64,000 nt of DNA from an uncultured Bacilli bacterium. GTDB lineage: Bacteria > Bacillota_I > Bacilli_A > RF39 > UBA660. The notes beneath the pieces are model-generated. The model saw only the letters and a list, made by a program, of their open reading frames with translations, ran no database searches and was not told where the DNA came from. Each line of letters begins with the position of its first letter. Positions within the stretch are counted from its first letter, which is position 1. The stretch spans positions 4,313 through 68,312 of the forward strand of contig CANRKU010000003.1 in NCBI GenBank assembly GCA_947631295.1. The letters are read 5' to 3'. Shown one piece after another: positions 29,975 through 40,529 of the stretch. The translations under genes were made by a program, and so were the position numbers.

Positions 29975-30478
29975 TTATTTTTCATATTCTACTAATAAAG
30001 TCTGAAAACATTGGATATGAATAATTTCATCTTCAATAATACGATTTAATAATCTTTTAATATAAGGATCATCAATCATAACAATATGACGTTGATAATT
30101 TAAAATTGTATTTTGTTCCATGCGAATATTATACTTGAGCATAGATATAATGTCCGTATGATAATAAATAAAACTACTATTCCAATTATGTAGTTGATTA
30201 CATGCATCAACAAACTGATACTTTGGTTTTGATCCCAATAAAGTAATGGTTTCTCCTAATAATGCTAAATGTTTCATTTCAACAATCGCTATTTTTAATA
30301 AAGTATCCGAAAATAGGATATTACTTTGAAAGTTTACCATTTTTTGATAAACATATTGGTAAATTGCTGTTGCTTCACTAATCACACCAGCATAATCTTC
30401 GGATAATAATTGTGCATAAAAAAGATTTTTTTCCTTTACTTCTATCTTTGGATAAGGTTTATTTGCTGCATACTCCAT
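29975..30478 (-). CDS. CotJC-like manganese-catalase/ferritin-fold spore coat protein
   Basis: 167 aa. KPYPKIEVKEKNLFYAQLLSEDYAG and VEMKHLALL (E-x-x-H metal ligands) parallel B. subtilis CotJC. Confidence 0.45.
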   Translation of the reverse strand: MEYAANKPYPKIEVKEKNLFYAQLLSEDYAGVISEATAIYQYVYQKMVNFQSNILFSDTLLKIAIVEMKHLALLGETITLLGSKPKYQFVDACNQLHNWNSSFIYYHTDIISMLKYNIRMEQNTILNYQRHIVMIDDPYIKRLLNRIIEDEIIHIQCFQTLLVEYEK

Positions 30479-30537
30479 ATTATCACCTAATTCATCCTAT
30501 GTAAGAAAAGAAAAATCTATTAAAAAAAGCATCTAGC

Positions 30538-31080
30538 TTAATCTAGATACTCTTCGTTCACTTCTTGTTCAATTTGCTCTTCTGCATTTTGGATGTCGCT
30601 ATCATCTACATCATCCATAATAACTTCCCAAGGATCTTCTTCCTCGTCATAAGCGATTTTTACTTTGACATCACCAACAATTTCGATACCAAGTTCTTTT
30701 TGAACAGTGTATTCAATTTTACCATCGACAATCTCTGCTCTTGTACATGATGGTTGTTTCAAACTACGAATAATGATATCTTCATTTGTGATATCAGTAC
30801 TATCCTGTCTTGGAACATTAACCTCTTCTAAATAATTAGTGGTTTCACGCACGACTTCTGTCTTTGTATCTCCTGAACAAGAATACCAGATATTAACGTC
30901 ATAACTACCTTCGATATTGATCTTATTACCAGTTCTATATCCTTTAAAATTATGATTAATAACCCAACATCCTAAAATAGTTGTTGGCACACATTCAGGA
31001 GTTACTGTTTTGGTTGTAGTAAAGCTTTTTTTACCTTTTCCAACAACTGCTTTTGTTACAATCTCTCGAGTATTTGCCAT
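30538..31080 (-). CDS. cotE: Spore coat morphogenetic protein CotE
   Basis: 180 aa. MANTREIVTKAVVGKGKK...ILGCWVINHNFKG...IEGSYDVNIWYS...DTKTEVVRE with an acidic C-terminus closely parallels B. subtilis CotE (181 aa). Confidence 0.8.
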   Translation of the reverse strand: MANTREIVTKAVVGKGKKSFTTTKTVTPECVPTTILGCWVINHNFKGYRTGNKINIEGSYDVNIWYSCSGDTKTEVVRETTNYLEEVNVPRQDSTDITNEDIIIRSLKQPSCTRAEIVDGKIEYTVQKELGIEIVGDVKVKIAYDEEEDPWEVIMDDVDDSDIQNAEEQIEQEVNEEYLD

Positions 31081-31224
31081 AATATCCCTCCTCTAATTTA
31101 ATGTATGCTAACTAGGTAAAATGTTTACAAAAATCCAGTTTTAGATGCAATATTGCTATCAACTAAAGTTTGACCTTTTAGGAAACAAAAATGACTCCTT
31201 ATGTCACAAAGAAAAAAAGAACAC

Positions 31225-32160
31225 CTAAATACGATGCTCTTTTCTAGCTACATTTATTTCTTTAGCATGTCTTTTAGAAAGACCTGTTATATCTCTGAAA
31301 TTTAAATTTCTTTCTTGATCCGTATGCGGAACTCTTCGTAATTTTTTCCTTTTAGCAACATAACCATTCGCAATATAATAATTACTACTTACATAGACAA
31401 GATCATTTTCTAATAAAAATTGAAGAATTCGTAATAGCTTCTCAAAATTTCTAGTAATATATTTAAAAGAATAAGTAATAAAAGAAATACGATGTTGTAA
31501 ATAGGATTGAAGCGCTTTCGTTAATTCTAAACCAATTTCTTTACTGTAGCCATCTTCTGTTACTAATTTTTCCCTATCACCAGTAGTATTTATTCCTTGA
31601 ATACAAAGATTGCTACATTTCGTTACTTTAATTTTTTCAAAATATTCTTCATTTTTTTTCGTATTTGCTAATATTTTTAATACCTGATAACTATCTGGAT
31701 ATTTAATAAAAATATTTTGATAATAATCTTCTTCAGGTTTTAGATGAATTTTTACAGCTAGAGTAGAAAAATCCAAATCCTTAAAATATTGAATAGCGCG
31801 GGAGGTGACTATTTTCATTTCATTTTTTAAATTGTTTGTTTCATCTTCACGATCAGAAATTTGCCTTTCAAAGCCATATTGTTTATAAGAAATAGAACCA
31901 GCTGATTCTAGATAACTATTACGAATAGTCACAACCACAAAACTTCGAATCAGATTATTTGCTTCCGGTAAATAATAGCATCCTTCTTCCAAACCTGTTA
32001 GTAAAATGGTATTTCTAATTTCTTCATCATTCCAATGAAATAATAAAGAATATATTTGATTACGAATATTTTCTAAAATAAGCTGATTATTTTGAATACC
32101 AAAATCTAATAATTGTTGTTTTAAAATTTGATCAAGATAATATTCTACTTCTTCTACCAT
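31225..32160 (-). CDS. Hypothetical protein
   Basis: 311-aa ORF, soluble, no recognisable motifs. Confidence 0.35.
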   Translation of the reverse strand: MVEEVEYYLDQILKQQLLDFGIQNNQLILENIRNQIYSLLFHWNDEEIRNTILLTGLEEGCYYLPEANNLIRSFVVVTIRNSYLESAGSISYKQYGFERQISDREDETNNLKNEMKIVTSRAIQYFKDLDFSTLAVKIHLKPEEDYYQNIFIKYPDSYQVLKILANTKKNEEYFEKIKVTKCSNLCIQGINTTGDREKLVTEDGYSKEIGLELTKALQSYLQHRISFITYSFKYITRNFEKLLRILQFLLENDLVYVSSNYYIANGYVAKRKKLRRVPHTDQERNLNFRDITGLSKRHAKEINVARKEHRI

Positions 32161-32168
32161 ATATACTC

Positions 32169-32519
32169 CTAATTAAAAACTTTATTAAAATAATCATCTA
32201 ATTGCTCTTTGATACTTTGATAGATTTCATTTAAGCTTCTTTGAGTATTTTTGAAATCTACATATAAAGGAATTTGATTTAATTTTTCTAAAAGATGAAA
32301 ATACTCTTTTTCTAGTTCGTTAATATCCTCTTTATTGGCCTCTTTTTTTACTAATTCTTTCTGAATTCTTTTAATGTTTTCAATTAAAGATGTTAATTCT
32401 ATATTTTTTTGAATTTTTTCTTTTAACATCATATATTGTTGATACTCTTCACTATTTTTAATGATAGAAACTAAGTCTTCTACTTTTTCTATAATAGGAT
32501 CATTCATAAATTTCTCCAT
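32169..32519 (-). CDS. Small coiled-coil protein, possibly YlbF/YmcA-family
   Basis: 116 aa, helical, overlaps the miaB stop. Weak resemblance to the YlbF/YmcA N-terminus. Confidence 0.3.
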   Translation of the reverse strand: MEKFMNDPIIEKVEDLVSIIKNSEEYQQYMMLKEKIQKNIELTSLIENIKRIQKELVKKEANKEDINELEKEYFHLLEKLNQIPLYVDFKNTQRSLNEIYQSIKEQLDDYFNKVFN

Positions 32520-33915
32520 CTAGACTCCAAGTTTTTGCATCAGTTACCTTTACAGAAACAATTTTCCCTGCTAAAGATGGATTTCCGATAAAATTAATTA
32601 ATTTATTAGTATCAGTATATCCATATAACCCATCTTTTCCATTGGTATTTTTACCTTCTACTAATACAGGCACTACTTTTCCTATCCATTTCTGATTATT
32701 TTCTAAGAAATATCGATTTACTATTTCATTTAAACGATATAATCTTTTTTCTTTTTCTTCTAAAGATACACTATCTTCTAATCTAGATGCAGGAGTATTT
32801 TCACGAGGAGAATAAATAAACGTAAAAGCATTATCAAATTTACATTCTTCTGCTAAAGAAAGAGTTTCTTCAAAATCATCTTCTGTTTCTCCAGGAAAAC
32901 CTACAATAATATCAGTAGAAACACTAACATTAGGAATCCTATCTTTAATTTTATGAAATAGTTCTAAATAACTTTCTTTGGTATAACGTCTACCCATTAA
33001 TTTTAAAATACGACTAGATCCAGATTGTACAGGTAAATGCACACTTGGCATAATATTAGGATACTTAGCAATTACTTCAATCATTTTATCTGTAAAATCC
33101 CAAGGATGACTTGTCATAAAACGCACACGTGGTATACCAGTTTTTGCTACATCTTCTAACAAGTTTTCCATAGTGTAATCATAATTAAAATCTTTCCCAT
33201 ATGCATTTACATTTTGACCCAATAAAGTTACCTCTTGATAACCTTCTTTCACTAAATCCTCTACTTCTGTTAAGATATCTTCTTTGCATCTGCTTCTTTG
33301 TTTTCCTCTAGTATAAGGAACAATACAATAAGTACAGAACTTATCACATCCATAAATGATATTTACATAAGCTTTATAAGAATTCTCTCTTTTAACGGGT
33401 AAACCTTCTATTAGATTCCCTTCTTTGCTATAAACCTCTATTTCTTGTTGATTATTTTTTAAATTTTCATTCAATAAAATTGGTAGACGATGTAAATTAT
33501 GAGTCCCAAATACAAAATTAACAAATTTATATTTATGTAAGATTTCATCAATAACTCCTTCTTCTTGAGCCATGCAACCACAAAGACCAACGATCAAATC
33601 TTTTTTTTCTTCTTTTAAATGTTTTAATCTTCCTAACATTCCAAATGCTTTATTATGAGCATTTTCACGTATACTACAAGTATTTAATAATACTAAATCA
33701 GCTTTTTCATAATTTTCTTCTTCTTGGAAGCCTAATTCTTCTAATAGAGCTTTGATATTTTCACTATCATGTTCATTCATTTGGCAACCATAAGTTTTTA
33801 CATGATAAGTTTTTCCTACCCCAATATTTTTTAAACTAGAATCAAATTGATATTCCTCACGAATCACTTGCTCTTTATTTCTTACTTTTGCTTCTTGATA
33901 ATTAGGTAATTGCAT
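32500..33915 (-). CDS. miaB: tRNA-i6A37 methylthiotransferase MiaB (radical SAM)
   Basis: HVKTYGCQMNEHDSE MTTase N-domain. Radical-SAM CxxxCxxC (CDKFCTYC). TRAM-like C-terminus. Confidence 0.8.
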   Translation of the reverse strand: MQLPNYQEAKVRNKEQVIREEYQFDSSLKNIGVGKTYHVKTYGCQMNEHDSENIKALLEELGFQEEENYEKADLVLLNTCSIRENAHNKAFGMLGRLKHLKEEKKDLIVGLCGCMAQEEGVIDEILHKYKFVNFVFGTHNLHRLPILLNENLKNNQQEIEVYSKEGNLIEGLPVKRENSYKAYVNIIYGCDKFCTYCIVPYTRGKQRSRCKEDILTEVEDLVKEGYQEVTLLGQNVNAYGKDFNYDYTMENLLEDVAKTGIPRVRFMTSHPWDFTDKMIEVIAKYPNIMPSVHLPVQSGSSRILKLMGRRYTKESYLELFHKIKDRIPNVSVSTDIIVGFPGETEDDFEETLSLAEECKFDNAFTFIYSPRENTPASRLEDSVSLEEKEKRLYRLNEIVNRYFLENNQKWIGKVVPVLVEGKNTNGKDGLYGYTDTNKLINFIGNPSLAGKIVSVKVTDAKTWSLDGEIYE

Positions 33916-33980
33916 AATACCACTTCCTTATGTCTTATATTATATAATAAACTGGATACAATTCAAAGAAAAACAATGCT

Positions 33981-34703
33981 TTAAGCATTGCTTTCCTGTA
34001 ATACATCATTAATAATGATATCAATTCTAGTAGATTTTTGACTACTTAATACCTCTTGTTTAATGATTTCAAAATTATTTTTTATAAATTCAATTAATTT
34101 TTGCATTCTTGGAAGTAATTGTTTTTCTGTTAAATTATTAACGATAATTTCTAGGTTTGTTAGTTTTGAATATTTCCCGTATTTATTACTCTTGATATAT
34201 GTATCATATAAATGTTTAAATGATACAACATCAATATTATTAAATCTAGAATCTTCTAATATTTTAACAGTAGTATAGATATAATTTTCATTAATTGATT
34301 TGTCTAAGATTGTTTCACCATTATTATTTTTAATATTAGGTAAAAAGCTTTTATTTTTTCTTAATTTATGAATAATATCGATAACATTTACATAATTAAT
34401 AGATACTAAAATATGAGCAAAGGTATTACCATCTAAATTTTGATGATTAACATCCCAATCTTTATTACTCATATGTTGCAAAACAACATCATAAGCCCCA
34501 CATTTTAATAGCCTAACTAATATATTATTACCTGCATCATCACAAATATTAATATCTACAATCTTTTTCTTTAATAAAGTATCTACAAACTCAATATGAC
34601 CCTCTTTTATCAGTTCAAATACCAGGGACGGATCTTCTTCCACTAGTTCCATTGTTTTTGTCTCATTATAAAACATTTTCACACCTCTTATAACACGGGA
34701 CAA
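33981..34703 (-). CDS. Ankyrin-repeat-like protein
   Basis: Two Dxxgn(t)xLhxxxxxxxxxvvxxLL-type repeats (DDAGNNILVRLLKCGAYDVV; DGNTFAHILVSINYVNVIDII). Confidence 0.35.
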   Translation of the reverse strand: MSRVIRGVKMFYNETKTMELVEEDPSLVFELIKEGHIEFVDTLLKKKIVDINICDDAGNNILVRLLKCGAYDVVLQHMSNKDWDVNHQNLDGNTFAHILVSINYVNVIDIIHKLRKNKSFLPNIKNNNGETILDKSINENYIYTTVKILEDSRFNNIDVVSFKHLYDTYIKSNKYGKYSKLTNLEIIVNNLTEKQLLPRMQKLIEFIKNNFEIIKQEVLSSQKSTRIDIIINDVLQESNA

Positions 34704-34805
34704 TTCATTATTCTATCAGAAAAGGAAGAGATTGTCAAATTTTTTACTAATGAAGATAACATTTATATTGTGGAAATTTTAAAAATAAAATTTAAGTTTT
34801 ATTAT

Positions 34806-36206
34806 TTATCGTTGTAAATACTGCTCATAATTATCCTTTAATTTTTGAAGATTAGCACTTGATGTGTAAATGATAATCTTGGTTTTATCATAATCAATAA
34901 TTTTTTTCTGATTAATATCCTGAATATTAGCACGAATTAATTCAAAAACATCAGTATCACTACTAGTAACACCTAAATGTAAAATATAGTCATGTTGATA
35001 TTTCTGTAAACGATAGTGATTTGTATGTTTATAAACAATTCGAATATCATCACGATTTTCTTCTTTGAATTCAATAGTATCACCATAAATAGGATAAATT
35101 ACCATATCTTGTTGCATAGGTATTGCGATTTCATCTTCTTGATAAATAGGATTATTAATATCACTAATATATTGGAAATGAGTTAAGCCAACAGGGATTA
35201 ATCCAACACCTATTCCTAATAGAATTAAAGATAGTAAAAATGCCCATAGTAAATTCTTTTTATGATTTTTGCGGCTAGTAATAAAGTGAAACAAAATTAC
35301 TAAAATAATCACATGAATGAAAATGGATGCTAATAAAGATAAAAAAATTCCTAAAAATAAAGTACCAGTTTTTATAATTAAAAATGAGATAACAAGAGTT
35401 GCTACGAACCCAATAAGACTAATACTGATACCTAGTGCTATCATCAAAGTAATGCCTTTTATCAAAAATAATAAACATTTTAACATTCCTGATATAAATT
35501 TATATTCAGAATGTTTAGGATCTCTGATAATAATTTTTTCTTGTTTCTTTTCTAAATAAATTTTATGATGTTTTTCCTGATCATGATCCAATAATTCATT
35601 TGTTTCTTGATCATTTTCTTTATCTTCTATTTTTTCTTGGTCAGAGTCTTGATTTTTCACGATAACATAGTAATCCAAATATCTAACTTTAAAAATATGA
35701 ATAAGTAAGATAAAACCGAAAACAAAAGCAATAATTAAATAAATACTTTCAAATATGGAATATATAGCATTTTGAATAGACAAAGGAATAGCAGATATTA
35801 TACCAGACAATATACTGTATCCTATTGCGCCAATTACTACATATAGAAATAATAGAATAAATAAAATGATACACTGTTCAAAAAGACACTTTAATTTACT
35901 TTTCCATTTCATACTACTAAACATATCAACTGTTTTCGTAATAAAAGAAAAGAAATCATCAATATATTTATTTATTAGTACTTTAGATTGTTTATCGCTA
36001 CTTACCTCCTTAATATCCTGATTTAACAGTTCATCAATGTTAAAATGAAACATTTTAGATAATTGCAAGACTTTATCCATTTCTGGATAGGCTAATCCTG
36101 ATTCCCATTTAGAAACCGCCTGCCTAGAAACTCCTAGTTGTTCTGCTAATTGTTCTTGTGAAAGATTATTTTCTTTCCGAATTCTTTTTAAATTTTCTGC
36201 AAAATT
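34806..36206 (-). CDS. XRE-family HTH protein fused to a multi-pass membrane domain
   Basis: HTH NLSQEQLAEQLGVSRQAVSKWESG. Likely start at MNFAENLKRI. At least 6 TM helices follow. Confidence 0.6.
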   Translation of the reverse strand, partial: NFAENLKRIRKENNLSQEQLAEQLGVSRQAVSKWESGLAYPEMDKVLQLSKMFHFNIDELLNQDIKEVSSDKQSKVLINKYIDDFFSFITKTVDMFSSMKWKSKLKCLFEQCIILFILLFLYVVIGAIGYSILSGIISAIPLSIQNAIYSIFESIYLIIAFVFGFILLIHIFKVRYLDYYVIVKNQDSDQEKIEDKENDQETNELLDHDQEKHHKIYLEKKQEKIIIRDPKHSEYKFISGMLKCLLFLIKGITLMIALGISISLIGFVATLVISFLIIKTGTLFLGIFLSLLASIFIHVIILVILFHFITSRKNHKKNLLWAFLLSLILLGIGVGLIPVGLTHFQYISDINNPIYQEDEIAIPMQQDMVIYPIYGDTIEFKEENRDDIRIVYKHTNHYRLQKYQHDYILHLGVTSSDTDVFELIRANIQDINQKKIIDYDKTKIIIYTSSANLQKLKDNYEQYLQR

Positions 36207-36424
36207 CATTTTTTTCCTCCTTACAGCTATCATTTTATAATTACAACTAGTTGCATTCTACCAATTTTTAGTTGTTTTTTGTTAATTTTTGGTTGCATTT
36301 ATCTATTTTAACATAGAAAAAAGAAAATTCAGAAAGAATTTTCTTAATTATCACATTTAGAAATTAAAATTATTTCAATAATAGGATAATAAAAAAGAAC
36401 CTGATTATCAGATTCTTTGTTTGG

Positions 36425-36826
36425 TTATTTTATTTCAATTGATTTTTTATTTGGTAATTTTTCTTGTTTAGGGATTACTAGTTCTAGGATACCATCTTTA
36501 AATTGTGCTTGTACTTGATCAGAATCTACTTCTCCTACATAGAACTTTCTAGTAGTTTTTCCATAGAATCTTTCACGTTTAATGTAATTTTTATCTTCGT
36601 CTTTTTCTTCTTTTTCATTCTTTTTTTCAGCAGTAATGGTAACATACCCATCTTCACATTCTACTTGAATATCCTCTTTTTTAAAACCAGGAACGTCAGC
36701 TTCGATATGATAAGCGCCATCCTTTTCGTAAATATCACATTTCATCGTATCAAAACTGCTATCACTATCCATAAAATTATCAAATATACTATCTAAATAA
36801 TATCTTCTGCTTGGTAACATATTCAT
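36425..36826 (-). CDS. Hsp20/alpha-crystallin small heat-shock protein
   Basis: Alpha-crystallin domain: DIYEKDGAYHIEADVPGFKKEDIQVE...GILELVIPK. Confidence 0.8.
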   Translation of the reverse strand: MNMLPSRRYYLDSIFDNFMDSDSSFDTMKCDIYEKDGAYHIEADVPGFKKEDIQVECEDGYVTITAEKKNEKEEKDEDKNYIKRERFYGKTTRKFYVGEVDSDQVQAQFKDGILELVIPKQEKLPNKKSIEIK

Positions 36827-36892
36827 TCCTCCCTTGTTACAATTATAGTTATATCACTATTATTAGCACTTGTCAATAGTGAGTGCTAATTT

Positions 36893-37327
36893 TTATAAAA
36901 ATTTTTTTAATCCGGTAATACTATCTTCCTGAAACTCTAAAAATTTCTTAGCAAACTTTAAAGCTTCCTTACTAGCATCCTTTTCATAATTACCAATTTT
37001 TTTCTCCATTTCTAAGCTTCCCATAGAAATACCTTGAATTAGCATCTCAGCAATACTAGAATCACTATTATCACTTTTTACTTCTTTTTTAATGCCCATA
37101 CTAGCACCCATCTTAGCCATCATACCATTTTCTTTTAAATCTTGATCATGTTCTAAGAGATAATTTTTTGATTCTTCATAATAAGATTCATACTGTTTTA
37201 GGATATCTTCAACAACACTTTTAATCTTATTATCTTTTTCTTTTAATTCTGCAAGTAATTTTGATATCGTATATTTACCCATTTCGGAATCTTGATAAAT
37301 ATGTTTATATAATTCAATATCTTCCAT
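36893..37327 (-). CDS. Hypothetical protein
   Basis: 144-aa helical ORF. Confidence 0.35.
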   Translation of the reverse strand: MEDIELYKHIYQDSEMGKYTISKLLAELKEKDNKIKSVVEDILKQYESYYEESKNYLLEHDQDLKENGMMAKMGASMGIKKEVKSDNSDSSIAEMLIQGISMGSLEMEKKIGNYEKDASKEALKFAKKFLEFQEDSITGLKKFL

Positions 37328-37409
37328 TTCATCCTCCCAATAATATTATGAGAAAAAAGATTCTTTTCTATACAAAAGAACCTTTAACTAATCTATTAGT
37401 AGCAATTTA

Positions 37410-38150
37410 TTATTTTTTAATCAATTGTTTATCATCCGGATTATTCAAACAAAAGTCAGAATCTGAACTCTTAAGAATTATTGGAATATTATGAAACTCT
37501 TTTTTTATTTCATTAGATACTAAAGATAAAGATTCTCTAATAAATCCATAGTATTTTTCCTCGACTAAAAGATTATTATCTATAGAAGAATTCTGATTTT
37601 TTCTTTGTAAAATTAGGGTTTCTTCCTCTGGCAAAGCAATAACGACATCTAAATAAAAGTAATTTGGTAATTGATATAAATATTCCATTAAATTTTGTTC
37701 ATAAATATGAACCAAATTATCAATAGATGAGAAATCAGATGTAGAAAAAGATAATTGTTTTAAAGAATTAACTATTTCCTGTAAAGTATATCCCCTATAT
37801 AAAGTATTTTTGCTTTCACGCAATGATTCATATAAAAATTGCAACTTTTGATGAAGATTAGCATCGAATATAGAACGAATAGAATCTAATAACAAAATAG
37901 TCTGTTGATAACTATATTCATAATATTTACTTACCTTATCTTGATTTGAAAACAAAACATAACCAATCCAATCATTAGAATCACCTACTAATAAATACAT
38001 ATGAAAAGTATATTCCAAATTTTGAAAAGATTGATCTTCTAAAAATTTACGTCGAATGCAATCATAAAAACTCTTTTGCTCATTAAAATCAGAAATTTTC
38101 ATCATCATTTTTTCAGTAAAAGGATTTTCAACATATTCTAAATGTACCAT
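37410..38150 (-). CDS. Hypothetical protein
   Basis: 246-aa ORF. Confidence 0.35.
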   Translation of the reverse strand: MVHLEYVENPFTEKMMMKISDFNEQKSFYDCIRRKFLEDQSFQNLEYTFHMYLLVGDSNDWIGYVLFSNQDKVSKYYEYSYQQTILLLDSIRSIFDANLHQKLQFLYESLRESKNTLYRGYTLQEIVNSLKQLSFSTSDFSSIDNLVHIYEQNLMEYLYQLPNYFYLDVVIALPEEETLILQRKNQNSSIDNNLLVEEKYYGFIRESLSLVSNEIKKEFHNIPIILKSSDSDFCLNNPDDKQLIKK

Positions 38151-38232
38151 TACACCACCCTAAAAAGAATCATATTATTTTCTAAACTTAGATAAAAAGA
38201 ATAGAATTCATATATTTCAATAGAAAAAAATT

Positions 38233-39519
38233 TTATTTTTTGGGTTGAATGATTTCAATTCCACCCATATATGGTTGTAAAGCCTTTGGTATCTTAATGC
38301 TTCCATCTTCTTGATAATTATTTTCTAAAAAGGCAATTAATCCACGAGGAGTTGCAAGGACTGTATTATTTAATGTATGAACTAAATATGTACCATTTTC
38401 ACCTTTTGTACGAATGCTTAATCTTCTTGCTTGCGCATCTCCCAAAGTAGAACAACTTCCTACCTCAAAATATTTCTGTTGTCTAGGGCTCCATGCTTCT
38501 ACATCACATGACTTTACTTTTAAATCCGCCAAATCACCGCTACAACACTCAAGCGTTCTAACAGGAATATCCAAACTTCTAAAAAATTCTACCGTATAAC
38601 TCCACATTTTATGATACCAATCCATCGAATCTTCTGGTTTACATAAAACTACCATTTCTTGTTTTTCAAATTGATGTACACGATAAAGTCCTCTTTCTTC
38701 AATTCCATGAGATCCCACTTCCTTTCGAAAACAAGGAGAATAGCTAGTTAAAGTAATAGGAAGAGCACTTTCATCTACGATTTGCCCTTTAAATTTACCA
38801 ATCATGGAATGCTCACTAGTTCCAATTAAAAATAAATCTTCTCCCTCTATCTTATACATCATAGCATCCATTTCTTCAAAGCTCATAACCCCATTAACAA
38901 CATCACTTCTAATCATAAATGGTGGAATACAATAGGTAAATCCTTTATTAATCATAAAATCTCTAGCATAGCTAAGCATAGCTGAATGAATTCGAGCAGC
39001 ATCTCCCATTAAATAGTAAAAACCATTTCCACTCGTTCTGCCTGCACTTTCCTTATCAAGTCCACTAATACTTGCTAAAATATCAGCATGATATGGTATT
39101 TCAAAATTTGGTACAACTGGTTCTCCAAATTTTTCAATTTCAACATTTTCACTATCATCTTTTCCTACGGGAACAGAATCATCGATGATATTAGGAATAA
39201 TCATCATTTTCGCTTTTAGTATAGATTTTGTTTCTTCTTCTTCCTTTTCTAATGAAGCAAGTCTTTCATTGATTTCCCCTACTCGTTTCTTCATTTCTGC
39301 AGCTTGTTCTTGTTTACCTTCACGCATTAAGGCACCAATCATACTAGAAGCAGTATTTTTTTCACTACGAAGATTGTCTCCTTCTAATTGTAAACTGCGT
39401 GCTTTTTCATCTAAAGCAATTACCTCATCTACCAATGGTAACTTTACCTCTTGAAATTTCTTCTTAATATTTTCTTTTACTTTTTCTGGATTTTCTCTTA
39501 CATATTTAATATCTAACAT
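38233..39519 (-). CDS. serS: Seryl-tRNA synthetase
   Basis: MLDIKYVRENPEKVKENIKKK coiled-coil N-terminus and a class II core, 428 aa. Start overlaps the upstream gene's stop. Confidence 0.9.
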   Translation of the reverse strand: MLDIKYVRENPEKVKENIKKKFQEVKLPLVDEVIALDEKARSLQLEGDNLRSEKNTASSMIGALMREGKQEQAAEMKKRVGEINERLASLEKEEEETKSILKAKMMIIPNIIDDSVPVGKDDSENVEIEKFGEPVVPNFEIPYHADILASISGLDKESAGRTSGNGFYYLMGDAARIHSAMLSYARDFMINKGFTYCIPPFMIRSDVVNGVMSFEEMDAMMYKIEGEDLFLIGTSEHSMIGKFKGQIVDESALPITLTSYSPCFRKEVGSHGIEERGLYRVHQFEKQEMVVLCKPEDSMDWYHKMWSYTVEFFRSLDIPVRTLECCSGDLADLKVKSCDVEAWSPRQQKYFEVGSCSTLGDAQARRLSIRTKGENGTYLVHTLNNTVLATPRGLIAFLENNYQEDGSIKIPKALQPYMGGIEIIQPKK

Positions 39520-40514
39520 AATTTTTGATTCCTTTCTTCGTTTACTTTTCTTAATTTTACTAACTGTTTTTCATATTTTTCTTGAAACCATTCTTGTTTT
39601 TCCATAGGAAGCTTTGATAATCTTTCTGGATTATAATTATCACTCATATCTGCTTCTTTCAATAACGAAGCTTCTTTTTTTCTACTACGAATTACATCAT
39701 TAATTTCTTGATCATACAAATCTAATTTGTCTGATTTTGTCATATGGGAAATATCTATCTTTTCCTTAGTAACGATAAACATCATTTCTAAAACATCATA
39801 ATCAAAATCCAATTCCAATAAATCTTTACAAGTAATTTCGGTATCTTCTACTGTATCATGTAATAATCCTGCTATTTGCATATTTCCTTCTAATTTATCA
39901 GATACTCTTTTTAAATGTTCAATATATGGTTTTCCTGCTTTATCTTGTTTCATCTCAAATAATTTTCTAACAAGAATACTTGCTTTTAGATATTCATCTT
40001 TACACTCTTTTAATTTCCATAAATCATCATAAGTAAAATAGTGTAATAGATGATTTTCTTTCGAAATTGTAGAATGATCATCATATTTTAAAATATCAAA
40101 TAACTTTTCTTTTAAAATGATTGATCCCATACCTTCTATTTCATCATATAACATTCCTTCCGGAATATCTCGATATAAGAAAATAGGATGATTTAATAAG
40201 TAAGAATCATACATTTCTAAAAAAGTAGCACCACCAATATAATTGGGATAGCACTTTCCATCTTTGATTTTATCCATATTTAGTACTAATATAGCATCAC
40301 TTTCTTTCGATTTTTGTCTACTTTCTAAAAAGGATTTTCTACAAAAATTTATATGCTCTAACGATGATTGTTCCTTTTTGATTTTTTCTTCTATCAATGG
40401 TTCCTCTATAAAATTAGGTAGGATTACTTCATATCCTAATTGTTCTAATCTATTTTGAACTTTTTCTACATAAGGATAATTCCATTTGCTACAAGCAATA
40501 AAGATTTTCTTCAT
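39513..40514 (-). CDS. HD-domain ((p)ppGpp-hydrolase-like) protein with a distinct N-terminal domain. First gene of the T-box-controlled serS operon
   Basis: HLKRVSDKLE...AGLLHDTVEDT HD motif. True start is probably MKKIFIACSK (SD caggaggg). The extra 20 codons in the track ORF read through the T-box terminator. Confidence 0.55.
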   Translation of the reverse strand: MKKIFIACSKWNYPYVEKVQNRLEQLGYEVILPNFIEEPLIEEKIKKEQSSLEHINFCRKSFLESRQKSKESDAILVLNMDKIKDGKCYPNYIGGATFLEMYDSYLLNHPIFLYRDIPEGMLYDEIEGMGSIILKEKLFDILKYDDHSTISKENHLLHYFTYDDLWKLKECKDEYLKASILVRKLFEMKQDKAGKPYIEHLKRVSDKLEGNMQIAGLLHDTVEDTEITCKDLLELDFDYDVLEMMFIVTKEKIDISHMTKSDKLDLYDQEINDVIRSRKKEASLLKEADMSDNYNPERLSKLPMEKQEWFQEKYEKQLVKLRKVNEERNQKLC

Positions 40515-40529
40515 ATTCCCTCCTGAAAC

